DNA of 64,000 nucleotides from positions 14,603,615 to 14,667,614 of the forward strand of contig CAVNZM010000002.1 of assembly GCA_963693365.1 (NCBI GenBank), written 5' to 3'. Below, piece by piece: positions 33,406 through 48,056 of the stretch. Every line of letters starts with the position of its first letter. Position 1 is the first letter of the stretch. The notes beneath the pieces are model-generated. The model ran no database searches and was not told the origin of the DNA. It saw only the letters and a program-made list of their open reading frames with translations. The translations under genes and the position numbers were made by a program. The stretch is from Amoebidium appalachense. Taxonomy: Eukaryota > Protista > Ichthyosporea.

Positions 33406-33880
33406 CGGGATTTGTATAGTGAGCGGTGGGAGACTGGGTTAACCAATTGCATAAAATCGACAGTCAAAAAGACACCCACAAACCCAACATGCTAAAAAAA
33501 GGGCCAACACATGCATCAAGAAAGTGACAAGTTTAAACACAAAAACACAAAACAGAAACCGATGCAGAGTGCACAGGAACAAAAAACACTCGAACAGAGC
33601 CGACCATCAGGGGTTTTCTACTAAGCCTTCCCACACAAGACCCTGACACAGTACAGATATGCTATTATGCGACAAATACATCGGTGCAGGGCCTCATGCA
33701 AAACGGGGCACAGCAGTATGCACCAGCATGGGGGGGGGGGGGGGGGGGGGGGGGGGGGAGGTTGGAATGCTTTGGAGAGTGTGAAATAAACATTAACACA
33801 CTGCAGACTGCAAACCACAAATAAAGAGTGTGCACCGTAAGCAGTGCCCATCTTCGGGGGAATGCGTAGATTGTCAATTA
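33087..33880 (-). mobile_element. Cluster of divergent fragments of the poly(C)-embedded element (33087-33139, 33176-33292, ~33760-33880)
   Basis: They share the ATGGGCWCTRCTTA core and/or the GTGTACTTCG..CATTCAAA end with subfamilies A/B, and each abuts a C run on the - strand. Confidence 0.6.
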
Positions 33881-34452
33881 CCAAAAACTTATACAAACAA
33901 GCAAGGGACATGGGAATCCACAAGCAGGGTGATCTCATAGCTTCCATGGGGGAGGGGGTGGGGGGTGGGGGGGTGGGGGGGTGGGGGGGTGGGGGAAGGG
34001 TGGGGTGGGGGGGGGGGGCACGGAAGGCAAGGCACAGATAAAAAAGCAGAAACAGAGAGATACCGAAAACGTACGAAGGCAAGAAGAGATGCGTGAAAAG
34101 AGCCCATCAGAAGGGTGGGTGGGTGGGTGGGTGGGTGGGGGATGGGGGGACTTCCATGACTCGACAAACGCAAGGGGGGCGGGGCAGGGGGAGGGGGGGA
34201 GGGAGAATGCACAGAAGGGAAAGGGAAGAAAGCCCCGTGAAGAATCCGGAGGCATATAATATATACGGGAACAAAGGGAGCTTTACTGACTATCTAAAAT
34301 CATAGTACATTGAAACGTTTGTTAGAAGCGCACAGCCCAAGGATAGCAGGTCACAGGCACAAGAGCCCATAACAGAAAGCGAAAAGTTAAAGGATTGGCC
34401 CGCACACTCACCAGCTCCGCCCTCACCCACAAACCCCGTACTCATGCATGTG

Positions 34453-34600
34453 CCCATAAACCTACAGCCATAGACACACATACACACACGCGACTTCGGA
34501 AGTTTTTTTTTTCCTCCCCATTTTAACCCATAAACCTACAGCCATAGACACACACATACACACACGCGACTTCGGGGTTTTTCTTTTCTCCCCATTTTAA
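34453..34600. repeat. ~75-bp tandem duplication
   Basis: CCCATAAACCTACAGCCATAGACACACATACACACACGCGACTTCGG...CCCCATTTTAA occurs twice. Confidence 0.85.
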
Positions 34601-36956
34601 AGGCATCTCCCCCTGATTTCAAGCCAGAAGGTGCTTCAACACAACGAAATCTTCTTCTGTCTATAAATCCCTATTTTTAAATGTATGACCACATAAGCAC
34701 AAATAAATTGCTAATGCGCAAAGCTTCAGAAGGTTTGCTCACACACGTTGCCATAGTGAAACATGCAGGTAAAAGAAAGTGAAGTCCTGTTATGTTGAGC
34801 TCCATGGAAACCGGTTGAGGGGAGGCATCATAATAACGAGAAGGAAAGGAAGATTCAACTACCTTAGTTGTGTTTTGTTCTTCACGTCCGTTCGGCTGCC
34901 TCTCACCAAGTGTTATTGGGATTAGAGTTCTATACTTATGCTCGGTCCACCTCTAGATCGGCGAGCAAGTAGAACCTAGGAAATTCCCGTTATCATGAGC
35001 GGTCCTCCCCTAGAAGCAATGATTTGGCAGGTAGGCACACAACTTAAGTATTAGCTTGAGAAGAACACTACAGCACATATGCCCTACACTTATTAGCCTC
35101 CTTTTATAAAGAACACTTATAATTCATACAACATGAGAACTCGAACCTAACGTTATAGCCACAAAAATAATGGTGCAATGATGCAGTGATGGTCACCGGC
35201 CGTTTTTCAAGTTGGGTATGCATATGCATAGGTCGACGGATCAGAGCCCGCGATCGGCGATTAGATCCGAGTTGCTCAACTTTGGCGCAAAACGAAATCG
35301 TAATCGGAAGTGGGGATTTTCAAAGAAAAGATACCAGCGCTGCAAAAACAAACCCCCAAATGTCGATTTTTCGTAACAAGATTGGCCGGGCATTTCTGAT
35401 CTGATCACCGCGTACAGTACAGGCTGCCGAGTGCTCCCTTATCTTTTTCGTCCTTTTTTCTTTTTTTCCTCTTTTTTTGTTTCTTTTTGGAACGGTAATT
35501 TGTAGATTATCACTAACTTCACTGCACGGCGTACTGCACCATTCGTCCCTTGTCGAACTCATCTCCACCTGCCGGATTGCGTGTGCAAAAGTTGGCAACG
35601 GGAAAAAACGGACGCAGCACGCAGCTCTCTCTTGCAAGAGATCTTTTCAATGCCAATAAATAAAAGGGTTGAAAAGTGCTTATGTTCGATCGTACTGGTC
35701 AGTCACAAAATCGCTGAATTCTGCCTGTACTGCATACCCGTTGTTTGTACTAAGATGATGTACCGACGGTCCTTCGCAAATCCTTCGCAAATGTACGAGG
35801 GGAATTGATGTGCTGTTTATCATCGGATACTCATGTATGTTTTGCACTCTGCATTGTGTTGTCCGTCATTAAATGAGTACTTACAACCCCGTTACACTCC
35901 TCCCCCCCCTCCCCCCCCCCCCTCCCCGCCCGTCCTCCCCCCCCCCCCCCTCCCCCCGGGCCTCATAAGCTTCCCATGGTGACACCACTTGTATATGGCA
36001 AGCTAATTTGTGAAAAGTGTCTTCTCGTGGAAGGTACATATATTAATATTTTTTCTTCACACACCTTTTCAAGTTTGTGGGCATGAAATACAGTGTTTGC
36101 ACAAAAAACCGGTGCAGACTAAATATACATAGGCACGTCACGCTGTTATTATTATATCCAAGCCTCATCAACTTGTTGGGTCCCCCCCCTTCCTCAACAC
36201 ACACACACATATCTCAGGCCTTTGGGGGTCACAGTGGTTGGGTTGGCTTGGCTTGGGCTTGGGGTTGGGGTTGGGGGGGGGGGGGGGGGGGGGGGGTAGG
36301 TTCACTCAACGCCTGACCCACGGGCTGGTATAGTAAAAGGACCGTATATAGGGTACCCCATGATGTTTATCAAGCGGCACTCCGTGCTGTGAACCTCGTG
36401 AATACTGTATTTACATAAACTCATGTAGCAGATGATCAGACTTGCATAAAACACACGAGAAATATCAAATTAGACTTGTTGCTGTAAAGCCCCTTGGGGT
36501 TACTATAAAATTACTTCATTCGTTTGGACCAAGTTAAGGAACTATGATGTATACACCCTATAGACCACATAGTATTCTATAGGATTAGGCCCATGCAAGT
36601 TGAAGGTCGGGTTCATTCATCTAAACGATCGATACCATTGATTCTGCAACATCCTTGAACGCCACCCTTTCGCTTTTTCATCCTTTCAAATTTCTTTTTT
36701 TTTACATTTCAACCTATCACAGTACACCGTGACAAACATGCTCCTCTGAAAACATGTGCACCACATACAATTTCCCAAATACCGATTCCGGCCCCTGCAC
36801 ACGACCATAGAGGTCCCCACACATCACACACAGAATGTTCACACACACACACCCACACACACACGCAGTTGAAGACTCCTCTCATTTACGGCCACCCATT
36901 AGGTTCACTCAACGCCGGACCCACGGGCTGGTACAGCAGTTGAAGAGTCCCCCCAC

Positions 36957-38511
36957 TTACGGCCCCCCATTAACAGACGGCAGTTGTAGAAAGCCTGTGG
37001 AACATCTGACAGTAGCAGATTGCGAGCATGTCTGGGACCTGCCCCTAAACTTATAAGGCCACTTCTTTGGTGCATCCCTAACTGTGTTGGACAGCCCTTT
37101 GTTTTCCTTCACTGTCGTTTCGTCGTCCCGTTTCGTCAGCGGTGGCTGTTTCTTACGTTTCCGTACTTCATCAACTCCACTATCTGAAAGAATGTAGATC
37201 GTTCGCTCATCACCAGAATCCGTAACGATGGTTTTGTTTGCCCCTTGGACAGGTACCAAGTCGCTCTCCACATTGGAAATTGGCACCATCATTACTCTTG
37301 GTACCCACGGTTTTGTGATGTCCAAAATGTGCATTCGTGGCAAGCAGCTGTCTGACTGTGAGCCTATCAGTCTCGGTGGTCGTGACTGGCCGGGGGGAAG
37401 GCGCGACAACGTTGACCTCATCCTGGGATTGCGCCCGACGACAAGAAATCTCTTCATCAGAATGGGAATGGGAGAAGCGGTCCTTCTTTTTCAAATACGC
37501 CGGTAGCGATTTATTGCGTAGAGACCACCTGAGAGGAAAGGTTGGTGTCAGCGTGTTATAGGTGCAACACTAGTGGTGCGGTTGGTTGCACATACATGCA
37601 GTGCAAGCCATTCGACTGTTCGCACGAAAGATAGCCACGGTGCTGCCTTCAGTGCACAGTTTTACTGGCAGCGCCAAGTACTGCATTAGGGCAACTTGAC
37701 TGGTGATTATCGATATCGGCAATAAAAACAAAGTGGCCTCACATAGGTAACCAGCCGAAACACACGCCCAACACAAACACACACACCACAAATACACACA
37801 CACACTCACACACACACGAGCGCGCGCGCGCGCATGCATGCACGTACATAATGCCAAGCCCGCAACCCACACCCAAAAATAGCTTGTCTTTGCACAGCCA
37901 CAACTCCCTCTTATAACACGTGTGCCGCCCACATGGAAAGCTATGTGCATGGCCTCTTCTTCCACAACCTTTCTCCGACCAAACACAGAGCCTGCCACAT
38001 CTGTTTGCTGCGAGCTTATAAGAAACTATATGGACAGTAGATGGCCTTAGATTGTGTTTGGTTCAACACAATTTTCGAATACTCAAAAACTTTAAGTCAT
38101 ACCTTTTCCAGCTGGCCTCGTCCTCATAATCGTCATCGCTCGACTGTGATCCACTGTCGCTGTCTGCCCCTGCATAGCCAAACTCGGTCTGTATCCATAC
38201 GATTTGTTTCTTGGGTGACCTGATCGTGTGTGGGGTTAATAAGATAAGCTGGGTGCATTTCAGAGTACCCCTGAGTGCACTTCCAACCGAGAAGGCTACT
38301 AGGCGAGTGACCCAAACGGGCACATCGGGCCATGATGCAAATTGGCAAATGGCCGGTAATGAATGGATTTGCCCCGACAGACACCCTTAAAGGGCTGCGA
38401 GTCACACACAGCACAGAACACACCATAGAATAATACACAGCAAAAGGTGAGGCACACATACTCGTGGCAAATGAGCACGAGGGAATCAAGCAATGCTCCC
38501 CCCTCCCCCCC

Positions 38512-38544
<33 letters not shown>

Positions 38545-38775
38545 AGACACTCACTTAAAGCATAACAAATGCAAACCATTTAGTTCTCAGGTGCACTACT
38601 CCTTCCCCCTCCCCCCCCCCCCCCCTCAGCCCCTTTCCGTTCTGCAAGCACCACCATTGCAAACGCACCACACGCACACACGCACACACACACTTAAAGC
38701 ATAATAGATGCAAACCATTTAGTTCTCAGGTGCACTACCCCCCCCCCCCCCACCGTTCTGTAAGCAACACTTTTA

Positions 38776-38810
<35 letters not shown>

Positions 38811-39870
38811 CAGCACCATCACCAAGTTAAAAAACAATGACATCGTCCCAACATACACCACCATCAACTATACCACCCCATCACCACTAATTCCGCATGC
38901 TCATACATCACGCTAGGTTACAACCAATACATATTCGTGCACACATGCACACACAGCGCTATGACATGCACACTCAAAGCACCAACATGGAAACCTCATT
39001 TCCAAGCACACAACACCTGGGCTAGGCAGGCACTACTTCTGTCTCTCTCTGAACACCTTTCGAGAATCTACTACTTTTTGTTGTTACACCACCCACTTCT
39101 AGCAGGAGCACTTACTTATACAACTTGCTGCATTCTTGGCAATAGTTTGAAGAACCAACGCGCTTGTTTGCACACCTTTTTCTCGTCCTGTCTCTCCCCT
39201 TACACAACTGGAAGTATGGGACCTGCAAGGGGAAACATCAGCCTAACGGTTGATGAATTGAAGTATGTAATTGGGGCTATCACCTAAACTGCCATTATAC
39301 ACAATACTTGAGCCTGAGATTCTTCAATCATTTCAGCACATATTGCAAGACACTGTGTAGGCTCGCATTCGACTGTTAATGCAGCGCCGTGGTGCCTTTG
39401 CACACCTGTTTGCGCTAGTCTGTGTTTTCTGGAGCTGCGTGTGTGTGAATCTGCAAGTCAACCGGCTAATATTGATGGTAATTACCTTGGCGCCTACAAT
39501 CATTGATTTGACTTGAACACAACAGTTCATGACCACGGGACTTTCAAAAATCCGTCAACAGCCATTAGATCGTGTGCATTGTTGCACATGCCAATGAATC
39601 TTTGTTGCCTGCGCGGGAATCTTACCTTTTTTACGTTGGTGTTCAAAACCATTTTCTCGGCTGGCAGAACCAAGTCAGAAAGCACTGCTTGGCAGCCAGA
39701 AGGACCCACGATAGTATGTGGACAAGTTGCTACAAGTTCGTATTCTCGTTCTGAATGGAAGAGATCTAGAATGGCTGTAAGGATGGCTGTCAAAGGTAGT
39801 AAACTGTGGCGTCACAGATGGTGCAGTTGTTCTGACACCTATGTTAACGTTCAATGGATATGACGACTAC
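36957..39870 (-). pseudogene. Decayed multi-exon Cys-rich coding relic of unknown origin
   Basis: One intact exon-like segment 39222-39118 (cag|VPYFQLCKGRDRTRKRCANKRVGSSNYCQECSKLY|gtaagt). Neighbouring segments (RCAKAPRRCINSRMRAYTVSCNMC*, acidic SDSGSQSSDDDYEDE, RCGRLC..C..H.H..C..H.C) are interrupted by stops and frameshifts. Confidence 0.4.
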
Positions 39871-40260
39871 CTGTGAGTGTTTGGGTGTGTGCGCGCCGTG
39901 CCGCAAAAGTTTGTGCGGTTTTCGGTGCCAAAAAAGCGAGAAGACAGAAAAGAGTTTATGACCCGGTACTTAAGGCTTGGCAAGAAGAAAAGCAAGGTGC
40001 AACCTGTATCAAGTTGGACACTGTTTTGCACGTATAAATTGTAGACTAAGTGTGGTTATCCACAGAAGACAAGAGAAACCAAACTTCCAAGACATATGCA
40101 CATCACATATTCAAGGGGCCATAAAATAGGCTGTCGCTGTTTCGGCTTACAGAGCTTCTACAAAGATAAACTTCAAGGCTAAAAGACATTTGTTAAGTAG
40201 TAAGGACGCCTCTTGAGTTCTTTTTTTCTCAGGTTGCCGCAGCGCCTTTATAATGGACCT

Positions 40261-40926
40261 GTGTGAACAGCCAGGTCCAGGTTCGGATTGGGATCATGGT
40301 ATGCGGTCAAATTCCGCTTATCAGACCAATGATGTTTGTGATTAGATCTGGACGTCTGGATTTTGCATTCCTTCGCAGAAATCTAGACCTCGGTTACAAA
40401 AATCGAGGGTCGTTTTTCGCAACCGAGGTCTGGATTTTAGATTCATCGGATAGGACAAAAGTTTGCGTCAAAGATCACTGATTGGGTAAAGATCATTTAC
40501 ATGAGATATCTTTAATCTTTCCCAAGAAAGGCTTGTGCCATGTGCGTAATTTATGGTCAGCGCAAAGCGGACTAAGCGTTTGTATATATAAGGTTTGGAA
40601 GGAAGACGGCCGCCAAAGTGAGAAAAAAAGAACATTGACTTGCGAAAGGGTGATGCCAGGAATTATGATATATTCTGTAAAATAATCACACACTTTCGGC
40701 CTTTTATAATTTGCTTTTATCATATGATATTAATGAGTATAATGTGCCCTATATGAAGAATAAGACCCGCAGGGGCCGCGGATCCAAAAAAGCAGCCAGC
40801 CGGCGGTCTGGATTGTCCGCCGCCGACCGCTTTGAGGGGTATCTGGACTGCCGCAGGCTGGATTTCAGTCCCGATTTCGCTAAGGTTGAGCAAAACCAAT
40901 CTGGACCTAGACCTGGCTGTTCACGC
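40261..40926. mobile_element. Putative MITE / foldback element with imperfect ~31-bp inverted repeats
   Basis: GTGTGAACAGCCAGGTCCAGGTTCGGATTGG (40261) versus CCAATCTGGACCTAGACCTGGCTGTTCACGC (~40896-40926), plus an internal hairpin AGACCTCGGTT/AACCGAGGTCT. No clear TSD. Confidence 0.5.
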
Positions 40927-41541
40927 ACATCCAATGTGATCTTAGGAATGCGAAGTAATCCCTTCGGTCGGAATTACAAAAACATTTGGTTTACAGAGGG
41001 GGGACTATGTTTGGCTCTGACATATGTAAATAAATGACCCACATATTGAAATTTAGAGTCAAAAGTAGTCAGCAGATGTGACCGTGTGATGACCGGCGGC
41101 ATCAGGACGCCATATGGTTGGTCAGTCGCTGCCGATCATTCAGAATTATTTACACGAGTATGGCTGAAATAATTTGATACGAATGACTTATTTATTTTAA
41201 TTTTCATCATTTTTTTTCTTTTATTCCCTTACGCCTAGCTATGTCTATCAAATATCATGTACGTATCAGGAGGCCCACCTACAATACAAAAATCAGTCTT
41301 GCTAACTTGGCATAGCGGGCTGAATTCGGCCACGCTAATATGGGCATTTCCCAGGCCGCATTCCATAATTTGTGATTGGATAGAAAAGATAAAGTTAAGT
41401 TCGAACGTTCGCCTATCACTAATGATGCAGGGCTGGAAAAATATGTGTATCATGTCGATATCAGGCTCACAACCGCACGGACAGAAGAGAATTGACTCAA
41501 CAGTTAGAAATAAACAGCATAATAGACATGTTTATTCACCT

Positions 41542-41676
<135 letters not shown>

Positions 41677-43735
41677 TGAAAAAACCAAATTTTATTCAAG
41701 CTACAGTAGGACTAGTGTGTAATACGTGTATACCTTGTATCGATATATGGCACTGGGGGGGGATGTGCTGTTTATTAACGACATGCAGGTGAGCCGTGTG
41801 ATGAGTTGTCGGCACCAAGGCCAACGGTACTTCCACCCAACAAGATAACCATTTAAAAAAAATTTATCGGTGTTACACTTACATCACAAGTGGAGATATA
41901 ACGTATCAAATAGACATCATATGTGGAGATATACAATTTTTAAATTTTTTAATTTAATTTTTTTTTCTTTTCTATTTTTTCGTCTTCAAGTACACCTTAA
42001 TCCGTCTGAGACTGTATCACGTATACATTTTGGTCCAGATAATCCATACACTGTTGGAATAATAGAAACTCGCCATTGTTAAGTATGAAATCAAGCACTG
42101 TGAAGTTCGGTAGGTCTTTCACTGTGTCATGTGTATGGGCCCGGGTAAACCGAGTGTGTATGTCTGGAGAAATTAAGGTTGAGAGCATACCACATTTTTG
42201 GGGGCATGTTCGTTTAAATTGGTGTGGTGTGTTGTTTGGTGTACGTAGGGCATACATATCTGAAAACTTTGTATTTGTTACATCTCCACTGTAAAGCCTT
42301 CACACAGTAAGAAAACGGCAACTCATATACAAACTGGTCTATTAGAGATTTACCCACACGCTCACTATTATACATATATCTGGGGAGCAGTTCCCGTGAC
42401 TATCAGCGTTTCTGTAGCTTGTCACTATAATATTTTCGAACGGTGTGAAGCTTAGCTTACACAGGGTGTGAAATTGTTTTTGGCTGGTGCCCTTTTGGCA
42501 ACTTTCCACCAGCCTGGTTGGCCAACAACCGTTTTTTGGGTGTATTTTCTTATTTAATTACCACTGTTAGGGCCAGTTTTTAAAAAATCGATGGACCTAA
42601 CCTCAAAAAGTTAGGGACAATATTCTGACTTTCAGGGGCATTTTTCTGGCCCTAAACCCCTAAATTCATAGCCTGGCATAGAGCTCCTCTCCTTGTACAC
42701 TGCTGCGACTAGCTGCGACTCCGATAAGCGATGCGGTGCCGTCGGTTGGGCAGTGTGCCACGGTGTACCTTCTTATGAATAGCGAGGTAGTAAATGTGCA
42801 GAGCCCACTGGTCGTAATGACAAACGAAAGTGCATGCAATGTATGTGTGAGGAAGCCAGCAGTCAAAACCTTAAGCTCCGGATCCTTCCATCGTGTACGC
42901 AAACCTCTACGTGACCATCACGCATAGCTGCTCCGGGGTGTACTCCTCTGTGTAAATGTACATGTGTTGGAATGTACATGTGTTGGAAGGGTTGTGTTGG
43001 TTTGTGTGACACTGTTGACGCTCTGGTTAACAAGCATTGACAATAAAGATGCTGTGATACCGTATGGAGCGCGAATTCTGCGTGAGAAAAGGGGACCAAG
43101 GCAAGCTGCTGCAGATACGAGTGAATTCTGGCAGCAACCCCACATGCATATGTCCTAATCATTCCTTTCATGCCTTGCAACAGATGAAATGGATACGGCG
43201 CATGCAACAAACACGCTATAAGGCTTAGCCTTGTTGAAACAGCTGCGAGACAAGTCGGGCATGCCCGATGTATTCGTCGAGTCAAACGCTATGGGCGTAT
43301 CTTCGCCAGCGCACACAGTGGCTTGATACACTTGGCGTTCAGCCTTACTTATCACGTACACGAACATCAGTCAAAGCGAATACAAAACATACATACATAC
43401 AATAGGTGTGACCTTCATTCTCAGTAACTGTCCGCTCATGCACACAGGCTTGACTGCCTTCGACTTTGAACTTCTGTGTGTGGCCTTCTCACATTCACAC
43501 TCTTCTGTTTTATGACAAGTATCCCCCCCCCCCCCCCCCCCCCCCCCCCGTCTCCCTACGAAACCGAGCTGAGGATCCTGCCCCATGCAAATTGACATGC
43601 AAATATTCTTCTTCAAGGTGAAGACAACACATCCTCCCTCCTTGACAGGAATACACACTGGGGTTATACCATAAACGTCACGGTGGTGTTGCTAAGCCTC
43701 CTTCAAAACTGCCGTCGATCATACAGGCACAGTTA

Positions 43736-44616
43736 TTATTTCTTGGGGGCAGTGAGTGATGCCCAGAGCGCGTTCAGACTTGTTCTTCGTGCTAATGGCA
43801 CTCCACCCCTGTAAGTAACATAGCAACGTAAGCGGTCCTGCCAAGCCCGGCGCACCAAGCTATGTGTGTGCTAGAGGTTGCATTCAATAGCAAAACAAGA
43901 TTTCACTCTCGCATAGGTGTATGTGTGGTCACGTGCTCGTTCGTGCAAGTAATAGATAACTAGTAATATTAGTCATTTGCGCACATCAGTCATGTCAGCA
44001 ACTGTTATAGACACACATCAGCACCACACATCCCGTTGAAAGCAGGGGGGGGGGGGGGGGGGGGGGGGGAGGAGGAGGGGGGGAGGGGGGGAAGGGGGAG
44101 GGTATTAGTGGGGACAACATTCATTCGAGCACACAGCCCATTATATGCAGGCACTTTCAGAACTGACGGGGACAAAATAAGTTCGATGGCACGAAGAAGG
44201 CGGATGTCTATCTCGCTTATGCATGTGGCAGGGTTGAAAGTGGCACGTGCGCAGGGGGTGCAATTAAAGCTTAAACAACAAAGAAAGTGATTTCACTTTC
44301 CAGGAGCACTAAAATAATGTGATCCCCCAAAGCCGCCACGCCCTCCGTGGCACGGTATCCACACATTTACACACCTCTAACCAAACGTATTTACTAGAAC
44401 GAATGCCAACGGGGGTGCGCCCGCACACACACACACACAAATATGTCCACAGAAACAGGCACACATGGACACACACCTACACACACGCTACCCTCTTACT
44501 CCACTGCCCACACAACAAACCGTAAGCGTCAACGGCCGTAACGATATTGTACATGCAGCAACTACAGCCGCCAGCTCTCATATTAGACAACACGCCACCC
44601 ACCTCCCACCTCCCAG

Positions 44617-44665
<49 letters not shown>

Positions 44666-44871
44666 ACACACCCACCCTTTTTTGTGGATTGAAAATGACC
44701 CAAAAACAACGACACAAAAGTAGAGCACGTACTGGTGGTCTGACGGGCCATCGACCTTCTGGAAGATGGAAGATGAAGCCATTAGGTTCTCTAGGTATGT
44801 TGCCAGGACATCGTTGTTGGATGACAGCTGCTCAAAATCCTGCTGCGCATCACTGATCTTCTCCGTCAGAT

Positions 44872-44957
<86 letters not shown>

Positions 44958-46636
44958 TTTTTGTGGTGGTGGTGGTGGTGGGGGGGGGGGGGGGGGGGGA
45001 GGGGGGGGGGGGGGGAGGGGGATGTTTATTAAGAACGGATCACGCAGCACCCTACTACAACTATCTATACAAGAAAAAGCAATGTGGACATGTAAGCTCG
45101 GAAAAAGAAAAGAAGTAACAAGAATAGTAGAGTCCATGCTTTTGTGTGTGTGTGTGCGCGCACGTGTGTATGTGCTGTGTGTGTGTTTAGGGGGGGAAAG
45201 GGGGGTCAGGATAGGTTAGACAGCACCGACATACAGTCATTCAAACCAGAAAAGGGAATGCGCACACACAGAGCATGCCGAGTGTGCAGTATAACAGAAC
45301 TCCAGCAGATGTGTGGGCATGTGTGTGCGTTTGTCTGTGAGTGTGTTGGGGGGTGGGTGGTTGAAAGGAGGGGAGGGGGAATGGGTGGGGGGGGGGGGGG
45401 GGGGGGGGGGTGCAGCAAAGCGGAGTCCCATCATGTGTGCACGTGTGTGCTTGTGGGAGGGGAAGGCGGCACCCCCGGGGGAGGGGGGGGGGGGGGTAGT
45501 AAAAGAATTCAAGCGGTAAGAATGTGGTGCGCACAGCGAGATATAGAGATGACGATCAATTGTGGAGAACATGGAATGGCATGTAAACACAAACAGTATC
45601 TGTGTGGCTGTGTGCGTGTTGTGTGCTTACGTGTGTGTGTGCATGTGTGCAGAGAGGGGAGAGGGGAGGAGGGGAGAGGGAGTGGAGACGGAGAACGCAC
45701 CACGCGTACAAAGTACAAAAAAAAACCCATAAAGATATGCATGGGAGCCTCTTTGCACGTGTGGCACGTGATGCATACACGAAGTATAGCACATAATTTA
45801 TGTAGTCCCTTCCCGCTGGAAGCCCAAGTCAAAATCGACTCATTCTCCTTATCAGGATTTCTTTTCTTTGCCTTTCTTTCTTTTCTTTTCTTTTCTTTCT
45901 TCCCCCCCCCCCTTTTTTCCCCTTATTTAGTTATTTTTTATTTTATTTTATGTTATTATTTTTTTTATTTTTTTGGGGGGGGGGGGGGGGGGGGGGGGAG
46001 GTATTAAGGCGAAGAATTGCATGCCAAAACGAGCGCACGTGGTATGCAGCACCAGCAGGAACATGCTACACTGTGCTTGTATGCAGCAAGAAAAGGTAAA
46101 AAGGTCAAGCTTGCTAAAATTCCACGACCGATTTTTATATATCCACAACCATTGATGCCCATACATAGGCTTTGGAAGAGAACAGACATGTAAAAGTGGG
46201 CGCACAGAACAGGTGTGTGTGTGTGTGTGTGGTGGTGGTGGTCGTGGGGGGGAGGGGGAGGGGGGGGGGGGGGGGGGTTTGAATGCGGAACACGGTACGA
46301 AGTACGCATACACGACGAGAAGCATGGTGCAGGACACATGCAAAGGCAAACATTCAATTATGCAACATCAGTCATGTGCACAGTATGCGTCATAAGCAGA
46401 GCCCATCCTCAGGGAGGACCCAAGTCATCAATTGCGTCTGAGTTTCGACCCCTTAGCCCGCGTATATACGACGCTCCAAACTCAGACGGGGGGAGGGGGG
46501 GGGGGGGGGGAGGGGGGGTTTGAATGCGTCAAAAAGTACGAAGTACACAAGAACAAACGGATAACACGATGCAGAATGCAAGCCATACATAAAGAGTATG
46601 CATAATAAGCAGAGCCCATCCTCAGGGGGGGCCCAG

Positions 46637-46669
<33 letters not shown>

Positions 46670-47334
46670 GGGGGGGGAGGCTGCTGTGAAGTGTGGGGTA
46701 TGTGGATGAGTGCGTGCTTGAGAGCATTTTAGGCAGGCAGGCCGGTTGGTCCCTGCCCCCCCTCCCCCCCCCCCCCCCCCTCCTCCCCACTCAACCCCCC
46801 CCCCCCCCCCCTCTTAAAAAAAAAAAAAACACACACAACCACCATCACCACACACACAAACACAACACCATAACACCACACCCAGACGCGCACACACGTG
46901 CGCACGCACATACACAGGACGCAGGGAAAGAATGAAACAAGAGGGAGGGGGCGGGGGGGGGGGGTTTGAATGCGTCAAAAAGTACGAAGTACACAAGAAC
47001 AAACGGATAACACGATGCAGAATGCAAGCCATACATAAAGAGTATGCATAATAAGCAGAGCCCATCCTCAGGGGGGGCCCACGTCATCCACAGTACCCGA
47101 GTTTCGACCTATTCCCCTCGTTAACGAAACCCAACTCAGATACTGTTTCACTTGAACATGAGGGGGGGGGGGGTGGAGAAAGAGGGGGGGGAGAGGGGGG
47201 GGGAGAGAGCGAGAGAGAGAAAGACAGAGGAAGGTGGGGAGAGAGAGGCAGAGAGCGAAGGAGAGGGGGAGAGAGGGGGGGGGGGGGGAGGGGAGAGAGA
47301 AATAGAGAGAGGGGGGAAGGGGGAGGGAGGGCAG

Positions 47335-47420
<86 letters not shown>

Positions 47421-48015
47421 CAGGCAGAGAGAGAGAGAGGAACAGGGAGGGCGGGGGGGGGGGGAGGGGGTTGCGGGAGAGAAGAAAGGAGGGAAGGAGG
47501 AAGGGAGGGAAGAGGGGGGGGGGGGGGAGGGAAGAAAGGGAGGGAGGGGGGGGGGGGGGGGGAGGGGGGGGGGGGGAAGGAAGGAAGGGAGGAAGGGAGG
47601 GAGGGCAGATGAAGGCAGGAGGGGAAGAGAGGGAGGGAGGGGGTGAGAGACAGAGGGAGGGAGGGAGGGAGGGGAGGGGAGGGAGGGGGGGATGAGGGGG
47701 AGGAAGGGGGGAGGGGTGGAGGGAGGCAAGAAAGAGGGGTGACGGGGGAGGAGGGGAGGCGGGGGAAGAGGGGAGGGGGAGGGAAGGGGGGGGAAGGAGG
47801 GGGAGAGGGAAAGGGGGAGGGGGAGGGGGAGGGGGGAGGGGGAGGAAAAAGGGGGGTGGTGGGGGGGGTGGGGGTGGGGGTGGGGGGGGGGGGGGGGGGG
47901 GGGGGGAGGGGGAGGGGGGAGGGGGGAGAGGGAGAGGGAGAGGGAGAGAGAGAGGGAGGGATGGAGGGAGAGAGGGAGGGAGGGAGAGAGAGGGGGGGGG
48001 GGGGGGAGAGAGAGA

Positions 48016-48056
<41 letters not shown>

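Noticed and set aside
42666-43400. Short ORFs downstream of SCOC suggesting a fused or additional gene
   Set aside because: No recognisable motifs or consistent splice path; likely 3'UTR or intergenic sequence.
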